The translations under genes and the position numbers were made by a program. 64,000 nucleotides of DNA from Patescibacteria group bacterium (GTDB lineage: Bacteria; Patescibacteriota; Microgenomatia; UBA1400; PJMF01), in the NCBI GenBank assembly GCA_016861205.1, contig BOKX01000001.1, positions 895,835-959,834 of the forward strand. Direction: 5' to 3'. The notes beneath the pieces were generated by a model. It was given only the letters and a program-made list of their open reading frames with translations. It was not told the DNA's origin and searched no databases. This document shows, one piece after another, positions 27,001-36,305 of the stretch. How positions within the stretch are numbered: the stretch's first letter is position 1; each line of letters starts with the position of its first letter.

Positions 27001-28904
27001 TCGAAGTTATAGCGTTGGACCAAAACTTGTGTTTCGCCTTGAAACCAGGCCATGTACCAGGTATTGGCAGCGGTGCTACTGGTGTCCCGCTTAATGATGG
27101 CGCGATCGCCACTACTTGTAAAGTCATCTTCAACTTGAATAGCGGCACTCACGTCGCCAGGAGCGTAGATGCGGCGGGCCAGCAACTCGCTGGGGGTGGA
27201 GCTTTTGTGATACAGCACTGTCATGCCGCCGCCGTCATCAGGGACGTTGATCATGAATGGGAAAGAAGTGTCAACCTGAGCGCCGCTGTCAATGGAGACC
27301 CCATTTATAAAGCCTTGACTGATAGGATCATTGGGGTTGCCATCCTCACCCAAGCGGTAACCACGCAGGACATAGTCACTCGCCTCACCACGCTCGGCAA
27401 TGATGAAATAACCCATCGAGTCTGAGGCTGCTGACCAGAAGCCTCGCACATTGGAGATGAGAGAGAGCGGTGTGCCACCTGAACCCCATTGTTTTTGACC
27501 GTTGGTATTGAGGCGTTGACCCTCAATACTATCAGTATCAATATTGTGGGCAAAAACAGCAGCGCCATAGCCATCCATACCCAGAGTCAAGGTCATGTTG
27601 TCAGCATTATTTGAGTTCAGAGGGTTAAAAACCTGAACACCTTCGGTCAATGGTCCGGGCGTCGACAAGTTGAAAACAACCGTTCCCATCGACCAATCTC
27701 GAGCAGCAGCATAATCAGTACCTATGCCCCAACTGAAGGTTGTCGAGCCATCCGCATCGGTTGGCACGGTGTAGGTTGTGCTCACATGATCATAGTTTAG
27801 CCACAAGAAGTACAGTTCTGTGGCAGGTCGGGGAGAGTAGTTATTTACAAGTATGTCGTGCCAGGTGTTAATTTCATTTTCCGTGGTGAACTCACCCCAG
27901 GAAAGTGTCGACACAATAGCTTGATCGTTGAGTGTACTGTTGTCTGCAACAGTCGTAATGCCCGTTCCTGAAGGTCCACCACCTGTGCCACCATTAATAC
28001 AACTGGAAGAAGCAATAGGATCGGCAGCATCAACGTTGGTGAAGACATCAGCGGAAACATTGATGTCGGTTTCGCCAGTGACGCTATAGGTCACTGTTGA
28101 AGACACGACATCAGGGTTTGCTATGCCATAGAGCGAGACATGGGTGTAGTGGTCATTGGCAGCGTTGCTCCCAACATTACTACAGATTTCGGTTAACGGT
28201 GTGCCGTCCCAGAGCACATTATCAACCGAAGCCAAGCCATCGGTTGATTCGTAGGTAAGGGTGACATAAATGTATTGATCTACCGCTGTAACTTCGAGTG
28301 GAAGCGGATCAGAGTCGAAATAAGTGTGTGCATGTGAGCTGGTGACTACTCGACTATTTGACCACAGGAGGTCTCCAGTATTAAAGTCCAGCTTCTGAGC
28401 ATAGAACTCAGTATTATTGATTTGACCGTCGCGATTGGCCGACCAGGCAACGATCAAGTTGTTATCAGCATCTTTGACCGAGTCGGGGTCCCAGTCAGGA
28501 TACATGATGCCACCTGACCAACCGCCGGTAAAGAGAGTGGTGACCAAGACGCCACCTTCAGTCCAGAGAGCAGCGCCATCACTGTTGAAATGTTGAGCAT
28601 AAATATTGACGTCGGTGTTTATGCCATCGCGTTGCTCTTTCCAGACCATGTAGGCGCCACCATTGCCATCGGCAATCATCTTGGCAGGAGCGGAGTTGGC
28701 ATTGTAGGCTAGCGAGCCCCGAACATTAACGCCACCGTCCGGAGAAACCGGCACGCGAGTCACGACGGCCGCTGTCGCAGTGTTGACACTTGGCCCAATC
28801 AAAAGCCAAACCAGGCTAGCAAAAATAGCGAAGCGACGCCAAAGCTGATACCGAACTTTCCGCATAACTTTTTTACTATAACGCCTGGGTGTGGTGATAT
28901 ACAA
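24024..28904 (-). CDS. Giant cell-surface protein (1626 aa): N-terminal signal/anchor, large extracytoplasmic region, Ala/Val-rich TM cluster, two C-terminal carboxypeptidase-regulatory-like (CarboxypepD_reg) beta-sandwich domains
   Basis: N-terminus MRKVRYQLWRRFAIFASLVWLLIGPSVNTATAAV. Hydrophobic cluster AIVATVTEAAKAVAPVSALVAELIVITAVVTTAVAASVALTTAVIASSVAAAG. C-terminal ...KITTAAGQPIKGAVVRLG...ITDSWGKYQLFAPKGLYQLSVTHPDYV and ...TVVSDTKGVYQGVKLPAGTYNLAAAHQQY match the CarboxypepD_reg pattern. Confidence 0.75.
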   Translation of the reverse strand: MYITTPRRYSKKVMRKVRYQLWRRFAIFASLVWLLIGPSVNTATAAVVTRVPVSPDGGVNVRGSLAYNANSAPAKMIADGNGGAYMVWKEQRDGINTDVNIYAQHFNSDGAALWTEGGVLVTTLFTGGWSGGIMYPDWDPDSVKDADNNLIVAWSANRDGQINNTEFYAQKLDFNTGDLLWSNSRVVTSSHAHTYFDSDPLPLEVTAVDQYIYVTLTYESTDGLASVDNVLWDGTPLTEICSNVGSNAANDHYTHVSLYGIANPDVVSSTVTYSVTGETDINVSADVFTNVDAADPIASSSCINGGTGGGPSGTGITTVADNSTLNDQAIVSTLSWGEFTTENEINTWHDILVNNYSPRPATELYFLWLNYDHVSTTYTVPTDADGSTTFSWGIGTDYAAARDWSMGTVVFNLSTPGPLTEGVQVFNPLNSNNADNMTLTLGMDGYGAAVFAHNIDTDSIEGQRLNTNGQKQWGSGGTPLSLISNVRGFWSAASDSMGYFIIAERGEASDYVLRGYRLGEDGNPNDPISQGFINGVSIDSGAQVDTSFPFMINVPDDGGGMTVLYHKSSTPSELLARRIYAPGDVSAAIQVEDDFTSSGDRAIIKRDTSSTAANTWYMAWFQGETQVLVQRYNFDSFTSVWGADVSAISLLGHNSLIEMEEDGDNGIFVIASDSVAEHHFVQGVRTDGTLLWDSTTTLDLDSGTGRPSMARLSTGSVGAVWEETRSGETNLFFFQRLASLYQIRNLSGIQAQTTSGTNITYGSGNGVNNSAETVQVIDTGNSYPISSIEVNLTTDRDWSTVAGDVDTTNRKAVIENVTSAPGAAATHTLYVPYSAGDTSVIICPNATSLAQVTADCAGAITKVEADADTSITTVNGFQVWAITGMTGTGGISQVGDSETPAAEGTGSVDFKSATGTINNTTPTLTFSKSTTTTGGVGSYTVTLDGDKNRNFSVSDIPANGNGSAEYVWRDDDNVRVVFRNENDSDPNNDEISVYFKKLGTEGGLTQGKHKWTVDIFDTSGNLKTVQAEFQLDTTAPSINGLSLNTIGSVTNGGEYTMSLLNRIPVFSGQIRDPYEGSTRNNSNGSQDTFDKVSAGPNKVRLVIQQLVNAVDPQGPSAVYTDYASSYVDNLSVTDENGVAKTASFSVAAPFPLTDGWYRVNIISRDNAGNETTTQTVYLSYNAFGSVLTPGEIPPIVSGPTEPLDSEGGNIGAVDPSPTPTLPSLEDIRETTEDTTESLANQVAAIVATVTEAAKAVAPVSALVAELIVITAVVTTAVAASVALTTAVIASSVAAAGSVTAAAGAVGSAVGGAVASGASAAAGSAVGAATSTAAVVQPSWWTVFTRFLQAMGFLAHHAPQGVVLGSQQFEAVPFALLTVTKETKTGEAPVTETVVSDTKGVYQGVKLPAGTYNLAAAHQQYSFPSRHPRQPYQTLRDFYRGEPFSVKSAREEQLFVVPVDPRQPGQKSEARLPWWQRWATRLSFGKVALPLSAFTIVMAVVSPSLINIGIAAANALVVAWKARTWLTPPAVSGKITTAAGQPIKGAVVRLGRAEANQLAAIAITDSWGKYQLFAPKGLYQLSVTHPDYVQKGAGMSFDQLDTRQKPQEQSLVMEKPMAMPAGANLGI

Positions 28905-28945
28905 CCCAAAAATAGTTTTGTGCTTTTTATTACCAAAAGGTATCG

Positions 28946-30004
28946 TTATGGGATCGTAATTTCGTCGTCCAGGTAAACGTCTTGGATTGCCTGTAGTAGC
29001 GAGATCCCATCAGCAAGTGAACGATTAAAGGCTTTGCGACCGGCAATGACACCGCTACCGCCAGCGCGCTTGTTGATGACCGCAGTCTTTACAGCCTCGG
29101 CTAGATCGCCCTCACCTCGACTTTCACCTCCAGAATTAATCATGCCGATTTGACCTGAGTAACAATTGGCTACCTGGTAGCGGGTCATGTCGATGGGGTG
29201 GGGAGACATCAGCCGCTCGTACATCTCATCTGAGTACTTACTAAAGCCCAGCTGACGAAAGCCATCCATCACGGTCGGTGGCTTTTGCTTGATGATGTCG
29301 GCTTCGATGGTGACGCCGAGGTGATTGGCTTGACCGGTGATGTCGGCAGCTGTTTCGTAGCTCACCCCGTCTTTGATGTAACCAGGATTGCGAGGGTAGC
29401 ACCAGAGTATGGTAAACAAGCCGAGTTCATGAGCGCGGGCGAACAGCTCGCTAACTTCCTGAAGCTGGCGAGTTGATTCTGGAGCGCCAAAATAAATTGT
29501 GGCCCCGACTCCAACCGCGCCAAGATCATATGCTTGTTGGGCGGTGCCAAACATAATCTGGTCGTGCTTGGTGGGGTAGGTCAGAAGCTCGTTGTGGTTG
29601 AGTTTGACCACAAATGGAATCTGGTCGGCATACTTTTGACTCATCAGCCCCAACACCCCCAAACTCGAGGCCACGGCATTACAGCCACCTTCCATAGCTA
29701 GTTTGATGATGTTTTCTGGGTCGAAGTAGTCAGGATTGGGAGCGAATGAGAAGCCAGCTGTGTGTTCGAGGCCTTGATCCACCGGCAAAATTGACAAGTA
29801 GCCAGTGCCACCGAGTCGGCCGTGATTGTACAGGCGTTTCAGGTTGTGGAGAACGCTGGTAGACCGATCTGAGCTGCCGAAGACCTGTTCGACAGTTTCC
29901 AAGCTGGGTAAATGGAGCTGGGTGCGGGCAATTTTAGGACTGTTAAACTCTAGGAGTTCAGTTGCTTCAGACCCGAGTAGTGAGACTATTTCTTGGTGTT
30001 CCAT
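28946..30004 (-). CDS. fbaB: Class I fructose-bisphosphate aldolase (DhnA/FbaB type)
   Basis: Extensive identity to E. coli FbaB: LYNHGRLGGTGYLSILPVDQGLEHTAGFSFAPNPDYFDPENIIKLAMEGGCNAVASSLGVLG...IPFVVKLNHNELLTYP, and further along ...RYQVANCYSGQIGMINSGGES...VINKRAGGSGVIAGRKAF. Confidence 0.9.
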   Translation of the reverse strand: MEHQEIVSLLGSEATELLEFNSPKIARTQLHLPSLETVEQVFGSSDRSTSVLHNLKRLYNHGRLGGTGYLSILPVDQGLEHTAGFSFAPNPDYFDPENIIKLAMEGGCNAVASSLGVLGLMSQKYADQIPFVVKLNHNELLTYPTKHDQIMFGTAQQAYDLGAVGVGATIYFGAPESTRQLQEVSELFARAHELGLFTILWCYPRNPGYIKDGVSYETAADITGQANHLGVTIEADIIKQKPPTVMDGFRQLGFSKYSDEMYERLMSPHPIDMTRYQVANCYSGQIGMINSGGESRGEGDLAEAVKTAVINKRAGGSGVIAGRKAFNRSLADGISLLQAIQDVYLDDEITIP

Positions 30005-30044
30005 ACTATTAATAATAGTATGGTTGCGGGCTAATCGCTAGCAG

Positions 30045-31316
30045 CTACTTTTCCAGCAGCGGTTCTACGCCTGGTAACATTTTGCCAGCTAGAAACTCAA
30101 GTGAGGCCCCACCAGCGGTGGAGATGTAGTCATACTCGGTGGTGAGTCCAAACTGTTCGATAGCAGCCATGGTATCACCCCCACCCAGAACCGAAGTGGC
30201 TTTGGTTTTGGCAATGGCTTTGGCAATTTGTCGCGTGCCGGCGGCAAAGCTGGGGTTTTCAAACACGCCCATCGGGCCGTTCCAGAACACTGTCCCAGCT
30301 TGGCTGATCAGCTCTTGGTACAGTTTAATGGTGCGCGGTCCAATATCTAGGAACATCCAATTTGGCTTAACACGGTCCAACTCAGCCTTCCCATCAGTTG
30401 CCAGGTCGATGACTTGACTAGCTTTGGCTTCTAGGCTAGTTCCCACCACCACATCGGTGGGGTAGATGATTTTTGGGAGGGGAACATAGCCGTCTTTGAG
30501 CATGCGCTCGGGTTTGGTTTCTTCAATCAAGTGTTCAGCCACGGCCACGTAGTCAACCCCTTTTTTCTTGAGGTCAGCTGGGGTGTCTTGGACGTAGGAC
30601 TGGCCGATGGCAAATCCTTCCGCTTTCAGAAAATTGTTGGCCACCCCACCGCCCACCAAAACCAAGTCGGCCAGGTGGGTCAGGTTGACCACAGCTTCCA
30701 CCTTATCAGAAATCTTGGCGCCACCGATAACCATGACAAACGGTCGTTTGGGTTTGGTCAGTAGTCGGTGCAAGGTCGAAACCTCTGTCGCAAAAGCAGT
30801 ACCCATGAAGGATGGCAAAAAGTGAGTCACCCCTTCGGTTGAGGCATGAGCGCGGTGGGCGGTTGAGAAAGCTTCGTTAATAAACACTTCGGCGTGACCG
30901 GCCAATTCCTTGGCAAAGTCAGCGTCGTTGGCTTCTTCCTGTGCATAAAAACGCAGGTTTTCCAACATGACAACTTGACCAGGTTTAAGAGCTGAGACAG
31001 CGGTGGCCACTTGTTCTCCGCGACAGTCGGGCACGAACTGAATCGGTTGACGGAGCAGTTTTCCCAGGTGTTTGGCGGTGGGTTGGAGTGAGAATTCGGG
31101 TTGGGCCTTGCCTTCCGGTCTCCCGAGATGGGATATCAAGATGACCTTGGCGCGGTGGTCAATGAGAAATCGAAGGGTGTCTAGGGAAGCCTGAATCCGG
31201 TTATCGTTGGTAACTTGCGTGCGATCGCTGCTGAGGGGGACGTTGTAGTCAACCCGGACCAAAACCACTTTGTCTTTGATGTCACTGACCTTTGGTAACC
31301 GTGGTGTGAACTGCAT
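30045..31316 (-). CDS. pgk: Phosphoglycerate kinase
   Basis: N-terminus ...VLVRVDYNVPL.... PGK-typical blocks ILISHLGRPEG and FVMVIGGAKISDKVEAV...GGGVANNF...NGPMGVFE...GGGDT. Confidence 0.9.
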   Translation of the reverse strand: MQFTPRLPKVSDIKDKVVLVRVDYNVPLSSDRTQVTNDNRIQASLDTLRFLIDHRAKVILISHLGRPEGKAQPEFSLQPTAKHLGKLLRQPIQFVPDCRGEQVATAVSALKPGQVVMLENLRFYAQEEANDADFAKELAGHAEVFINEAFSTAHRAHASTEGVTHFLPSFMGTAFATEVSTLHRLLTKPKRPFVMVIGGAKISDKVEAVVNLTHLADLVLVGGGVANNFLKAEGFAIGQSYVQDTPADLKKKGVDYVAVAEHLIEETKPERMLKDGYVPLPKIIYPTDVVVGTSLEAKASQVIDLATDGKAELDRVKPNWMFLDIGPRTIKLYQELISQAGTVFWNGPMGVFENPSFAAGTRQIAKAIAKTKATSVLGGGDTMAAIEQFGLTTEYDYISTAGGASLEFLAGKMLPGVEPLLEK

Positions 31317-31406
31317 ATCTGGAACAATCGCTACTAGAAGTGGTGTTTAGCCAGGTAAGTATGATATACTTCACTCCGCTTTGCAAGAAAGGGGATAGTT
31401 TCAGCT

Positions 31407-32504
31407 ATGGCAACAGCTAAAGCCATGACTATGGCCGATTTATTGGCCAATAATCAACAACAAGTGGTCGTACCCAAGAAGGGTGCTACCGTGTCCGGAG
31501 TCATTACCGGCAAACAAAAGAAAACCTTACTCGTCGACATCGGCGCTAAGACCGAAGGAGTCGTCTCTGACAAAGAGTACGAACTCGCGACCGAGTACAT
31601 TGAAAATCTCAACGAAGGTGACAAAGTCGAAGCCGTGGTGCTCTCAACCGAGAGTGAGCGCGGTCAAGTTTTGTTGTCACTCAAACAAGCCGCTCTCGAT
31701 GCTAAATGGCAGTTCTTCACCGAGGCTATGACCAAGGATGAAGTGCTCGATGCCAAAGGTATCGATGTTAACAAGGGTGGTCTGATTGTGGTCGTCAACG
31801 GCGTGCGAGGCTTCGTGCCTTCTAGCCAGTTTGGCAAACACTACATGGGCAACATCAACCAGCTCAAAGGTCAAAGTATCAAAGTTAAAGCAATTGAAGT
31901 TGACCGTGAGAAGAATCGTTTGATCTTCTCAGAGCGACACGTCTCAGAGGCCAAAGAGTTGGCTCAGCGAGCCAAGGCTCTCGAGTCAGTCAAAGTTGGC
32001 GAAGCTTACACAGGAACTGTTTCTGGAGTGATGCCGTTCGGTCTGTTTGTAACAGTCGAAGTTCCAGTCGAAGGTAGTGAAGATGTTGGCCACGTCGAAG
32101 GTTTGGTGCACATCTCAGAAATCAGCTGGGAAAAAGTCAACAACCCTAAGGATTACCACAAGGTGGGCGACCATATCCAAGTCAAAGTCTTGGGTATCGA
32201 CGAACACAGTGGCAAGCTGAACTTATCCGTTAAGCAACTGAGCGACGACCCTTGGAAAGGTATCACAGCTCGTTACTCACCAGGAACCACGTTCACTGGA
32301 ACCGTGTCTCGTATTGAGGCTTTCGGTGTCTTCGTGAATGTCGAACCAGGTGTTGATGGTTTGATTCACTCAAGTAAGTTGTCTCCGGACGCTACCCTCC
32401 AAAAAGGCGAGGAAGTCACCGTGACTGTGGAAAGTGTTGACGAAGATCAACGTCGCATGAGTCTGAGCATGGTGTTAACCGAGCTGCCAATGGGGTATAA
32501 ATAA
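31407..32504 (+). CDS. rpsA: 30S ribosomal protein S1 (short form with four S1 domains)
   Basis: Four repeated S1 OB-fold units (G.V.G.V..I...G.FV.....EGL.H.SE pattern, e.g. GTVSGVMPFGLFVTVEV...GHVEGLVHISEISW). Lies between pgk and downstream genes. Confidence 0.82.
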   Translation: MATAKAMTMADLLANNQQQVVVPKKGATVSGVITGKQKKTLLVDIGAKTEGVVSDKEYELATEYIENLNEGDKVEAVVLSTESERGQVLLSLKQAALDAKWQFFTEAMTKDEVLDAKGIDVNKGGLIVVVNGVRGFVPSSQFGKHYMGNINQLKGQSIKVKAIEVDREKNRLIFSERHVSEAKELAQRAKALESVKVGEAYTGTVSGVMPFGLFVTVEVPVEGSEDVGHVEGLVHISEISWEKVNNPKDYHKVGDHIQVKVLGIDEHSGKLNLSVKQLSDDPWKGITARYSPGTTFTGTVSRIEAFGVFVNVEPGVDGLIHSSKLSPDATLQKGEEVTVTVESVDEDQRRMSLSMVLTELPMGYK

Positions 32505-32558
32505 GGATAAACCCAGCTTTCCGTGGGCGAGAGAAATTGAGCTACGAAAGGACAACTT

Positions 32559-32720
32559 ATGGCTAAACAACGCATGATCGTCACCGACGACCAAGTTCTG
32601 ATTGATAAAGATTTACTTTTCAACGCCATCCGCGAAGCGAATGGTGACTGGCAAAAAGTTGAGCAGGATATGAATGCTTACTTGCAGTCAGTTCAGGCCA
32701 TGGTTGGCGACCAAGACTAG
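32559..32720 (+). CDS. Small hypothetical protein (53 aa)
   Basis: A GAAAGGA ribosome-binding site lies 7 nt upstream of the ATG. Product: MAKQRMIVTDDQVLIDKDLLFNAIREANGDWQKVEQDMNAYLQSVQAMVGDQD. Below the ORF-track length cutoff. Confidence 0.35.
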   Translation: MAKQRMIVTDDQVLIDKDLLFNAIREANGDWQKVEQDMNAYLQSVQAMVGDQD

Positions 32721-32831
32721 TTTTTCCTCGAGAAAAGTGTTGATTACAGCAGTTTTCTGTGGTGATGTGTCGACTCGAATATTTGCCGAAAACCTGGCGA
32801 AAAGCCTTGATGTATGGTACAATATATCCAT

Positions 32832-33434
32832 ATGAAGTACGTGGTGGCCTGTGGTGATGAGGGTGTGCAACTGAATGAGGGTATCAGGTTGGGTTTTGCG
32901 GGGTCAGGTTTCCGATTGAGTGAGTTTAGTCAAGTCGTTCCCATTTTGAAGCAATTGTTTGGCAAAAAAATCGCCATCGTTTCTCACGAAGAGAGCGATT
33001 GGGTGAAGCAACAGCTGAGCCTCAGCAACTGGGAACAGGTCAATGCCAGCAGTCAACAACATATTCAAGCTGTCGCTGACAAAGAAAAACTGCAGTACGC
33101 TGGTTTCTTGCCATTTGCTGATCCCAAACAACTCGAGCATGATGTCAAAGGTCACATGGTTCGGCCGCATGGTATTCACATTGCCAATAAGCTGTGTTTC
33201 ACTTTGGCTGGTGGTGAACAGAAGTTTAACCTTGGTTGCTATGTTATTTCAGCTGACTGGGTAGCGGAAGCCGACACGAAGTTGGTCAAAGCCGTTATTC
33301 AACCCCAAGTTGAGTTTTATACTAAACTTAATCGCGGTGAGAAACTCGAGGTGATCTTCGAAGAAGAAGGTGCTTTAGGGGCTGAAGCAGCTGCTAAAAA
33401 CAAAGCTGCTCTCAAAAAAGCTGGCTTAATCTAA
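32832..33434 (+). CDS. Hypothetical protein (probably leaderless; ORF track starts at 32814)
   Basis: Extended -10 TGGTACAAT at 32813-32821 lies inside the longer ORF. ATG at 32832 (MKYVVACGDEGV...). No recognised domain. Confidence 0.45.
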   Translation: MKYVVACGDEGVQLNEGIRLGFAGSGFRLSEFSQVVPILKQLFGKKIAIVSHEESDWVKQQLSLSNWEQVNASSQQHIQAVADKEKLQYAGFLPFADPKQLEHDVKGHMVRPHGIHIANKLCFTLAGGEQKFNLGCYVISADWVAEADTKLVKAVIQPQVEFYTKLNRGEKLEVIFEEEGALGAEAAAKNKAALKKAGLI

Positions 33435-33577
33435 GTATTTCTGCCTTTTTTTCTCAAACATATTTGATCCACACTGAATACACTTCTAGTGTGTATTTTG
33501 CCGGTTGCAGCCTATAAGCGGCTGAGTATAATCAGCTCCGTTGGAGCCACTCTAGAGCAACTTACAATTACCCGGGA

Positions 33578-34048
33578 GTGGAAAAGACTATGGTGATGTA
33601 CGGCGAGCAAGACACAAAGATGTACCTTGATGGTCAGGCAAAAGCTGCACAAGTCCCGACCACCCCGTTTGACAGTGATGGTTCAGAACTGGGAAAAATT
33701 TTCAAGCAATTGTATCTCGCTCGACGTGGGATTACTGAAAAAAGTAGCTCCAAAAATGGCGCCAATGGCTCCAGTCATGACTTGGTTGCAACTCAACGTT
33801 TAGCTGAAATTAGTAAGCAGAAAGCAGAGGCTGCAGCAGCCGCTGAGGCTGAACGACGTCAATTGCTGGACTGGCCAGAAATGAGAGACCTTTTAGGTTG
33901 GACACAAGCAGCGGAAGTAGTCACCACTGCTGAAGCAACAGAAGCTGCTCCTGCGACTGTTCCAACTGAACCAGCTCAAACCGAGTCGGCTAACAGGACC
34001 GTTGTGGCCCGGTACCCATATGGGGTGCTGTACGAAGGCGGTCTTTAA
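33578..34048 (+). CDS. Hypothetical protein (156 aa) with an Ala/Glu-rich central helix
   Basis: Intact ORF of ordinary composition. No motif recognised. Confidence 0.4.
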   Translation: MEKTMVMYGEQDTKMYLDGQAKAAQVPTTPFDSDGSELGKIFKQLYLARRGITEKSSSKNGANGSSHDLVATQRLAEISKQKAEAAAAAEAERRQLLDWPEMRDLLGWTQAAEVVTTAEATEAAPATVPTEPAQTESANRTVVARYPYGVLYEGGL

Positions 34049-34054
34049 ACCAAA

Positions 34055-34726
34055 ATGGCAGAACGAAAGCGGTACCATGAGTACCGAGCTCTACTAGCGT
34101 TTTCAGTTTTGAGCCTGATTCTGATGCTTTCTGGTTGTGGTGATGACGATAATAAGTCAACATCTCAATCTGGTCCTGAGGTAACCTCAACCCCGGTCGT
34201 GATTGGCGGTGGGGGGATGGCTAGTGGACAAGAACAATCAAGTGCTCAGAACAACCAAGCACACACTGCCGATCGAGTTGCCCCTGAGAGTTTTCGCCAA
34301 TATGTAGTGCAACGAGGTGATAACCTGACAAGGATTGCCTTGGCATTTGGAACGACCGTCGCCGCTATCGCTACCGCGAACGGTATCACTAATCCAGACT
34401 TCATTCGCGAAGGGACAACACTGAGCATTCCGATTGTGCCACCCGCCGATCAGGCTTCAGCCACTTCGTCACCACCTACCCCTGAACCGCTAACAGGTGG
34501 TCCCGCCGGTGGGGGTGAAAAGAGTGGTGAGGCAGGTTTTAGCCGGGAGCAGTACGAAGCCTCAATGTTGATTTTAAGTACTTTTGACCAGAATTTTGTT
34601 AACTGGTTGTTAGCAACGAAAACCGAAGTTGAGTTGAATGCCAACTTGGGTAGTGCAGCTGACATGGGTCCTTTTTTAACGGCTGCTTTTGTTGAGTGGG
34701 TGCACACCACTGGTAGTGCCCAATAA
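34055..34726 (+). CDS. LysM-domain lipoprotein
   Basis: Lipoprotein signal LSLILMLSGCGDD. LysM motif YVVQRGDNLTRIALAFGTTVAAIATANGITNPDFIREGTTLSIP. Pro/Ser-rich linker. Confidence 0.7.
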   Translation: MAERKRYHEYRALLAFSVLSLILMLSGCGDDDNKSTSQSGPEVTSTPVVIGGGGMASGQEQSSAQNNQAHTADRVAPESFRQYVVQRGDNLTRIALAFGTTVAAIATANGITNPDFIREGTTLSIPIVPPADQASATSSPPTPEPLTGGPAGGGEKSGEAGFSREQYEASMLILSTFDQNFVNWLLATKTEVELNANLGSAADMGPFLTAAFVEWVHTTGSAQ

Positions 34727-34796
34727 GCCTGCCCACGCATTTCGCTAACGCAATCTACCACTCTTTCGTGCAAGCTTTGGCTGCTATACTCGAGTC

Positions 34797-36230
34797 ATGG
34801 CCAAAAGTAGTACCAATTTTGTCTGTCAAAACTGTGGTGCTGCCCAACCTAAGTGGTCTGGGCAATGTCCAAGCTGTGGCGAGTGGAATACCCTGGTGGA
34901 AACACTGGTTCAACCAGCCATGACAGCTAGTGGGGGAGGCGGACATCGTCAAAAGCCTATCGACCCCCAAAATATAGTTAGTCTCTCTCAAGTCGACCTC
35001 ACTAAACGCCCAAAATCGCGGGTTTCGAGCGGCATTGGGGAGTTGGACCGCGTTTTGGGTGGTGGCATAGTACCCGGTGCAGTTATGTTGTTGGGTGGTG
35101 AACCAGGGATCGGTAAGTCTACCTTGTTGACGCAGCTAGTTGTGAAGCAACTTCAAGTCCAATCGGAGTCATTGAACCGCCCCGAATCTGACCCCAAGTC
35201 AGTGGCGCCGATAATGTACATCGCTGGCGAAGAAAGCCCATCTCAAATTGCGCTAAGAATCAATCGGTTATTAGAAAATGACGACAAAAAAACCTCAAAA
35301 AAATCAAGCTCAAAATCGGGACAAACCTGGGCGGAGCAGCTGGTTTTTGTGACCACGACAGATGTCGATGAAATAGCGACAGCCGTTAGAGAAGTCCAGC
35401 CCAGCCTCCTAATTGTTGATAGTATCCAAACCCTCCAGACTACAGACCTGACTGGAAGTGAGGGATCGGTGGGGCAACTGAGAGAATCAACCCAACGGAT
35501 CACCGAACTAGCCAAATCACTCCACACCCCTGTTTTTCTGGTGGGTCATGTTACCAAAGAAGGCACCATAGCGGGGCCAAAAGTACTTGAACACATTGTC
35601 GACTCAGTTTTGGAATTAAATGGCGAAAGAACAGGCCAATTAAGACTGCTAAGAGCAATTAAAAATCGGTTTGGGGCGACTGATGAAGTAGGGGTGTTCA
35701 GCTTGATGGAAGTTGGTTTGATGGAGGTCACCAACCCCAGCGAACTCTTTCTTGAGCACACCAATCAACCGGTGCCAGGATCAGCAACCGTCGGCGTGAT
35801 GGAAGGAACTCGGCCGCTGCTAGCAGAAGTTCAGGCTTTGGTGGTTTCTTCACAGCTAGCAATGCCCAGACGGGTGGGTAGAGGGATTGAGTTAAACAGG
35901 ATTCAGGTTCTGACGGCTGTACTGCAGAAGCACTGCCGACTGCCACTTGGATCAGCTGACGTGTTTCTTTCTGCAGCAGGTGGCTTCACCATTCGTGAAC
36001 CGGCCGTAGATCTGGGTTTAGCTGTGGCGATTGCTAGTTCACAAGCCAACAAAGCGTTACCGAAAGGTTGTGTTTTTATTGGAGAAGTAGGCTTGCTTGG
36101 CGAAATCAGATCGGTTTCCTACCTAGATAGGCGGGTCAAAGAAGCAAAGCGGTTGGGTTTTACTCGGATTTACTCGAGACAGAGTCACACTAAGGTTAGG
36201 GATGTGCTCAAGGAGCTCCAGCTCATTTAG
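34797..36230 (+). CDS. radA: DNA repair protein RadA (Sms)
   Basis: N-terminal C4 zinc finger FVCQNCGAAQPKWSGQCPSCGEWNT. Walker A GGEPGIGKSTLL. RadA KNRFG motif (AIKNRFGATDEVGVF). Lon-protease-like C-terminal domain. Confidence 0.9.
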   Translation: MAKSSTNFVCQNCGAAQPKWSGQCPSCGEWNTLVETLVQPAMTASGGGGHRQKPIDPQNIVSLSQVDLTKRPKSRVSSGIGELDRVLGGGIVPGAVMLLGGEPGIGKSTLLTQLVVKQLQVQSESLNRPESDPKSVAPIMYIAGEESPSQIALRINRLLENDDKKTSKKSSSKSGQTWAEQLVFVTTTDVDEIATAVREVQPSLLIVDSIQTLQTTDLTGSEGSVGQLRESTQRITELAKSLHTPVFLVGHVTKEGTIAGPKVLEHIVDSVLELNGERTGQLRLLRAIKNRFGATDEVGVFSLMEVGLMEVTNPSELFLEHTNQPVPGSATVGVMEGTRPLLAEVQALVVSSQLAMPRRVGRGIELNRIQVLTAVLQKHCRLPLGSADVFLSAAGGFTIREPAVDLGLAVAIASSQANKALPKGCVFIGEVGLLGEIRSVSYLDRRVKEAKRLGFTRIYSRQSHTKVRDVLKELQLI

Positions 36231-36305
36231 CTTTTGCCTCGAGTTTGGAGATTCTAGAATTGTCCAGTATAATTCCCCTCTGAAAGAAAACAGTGAAAGG
36301 ATTAT

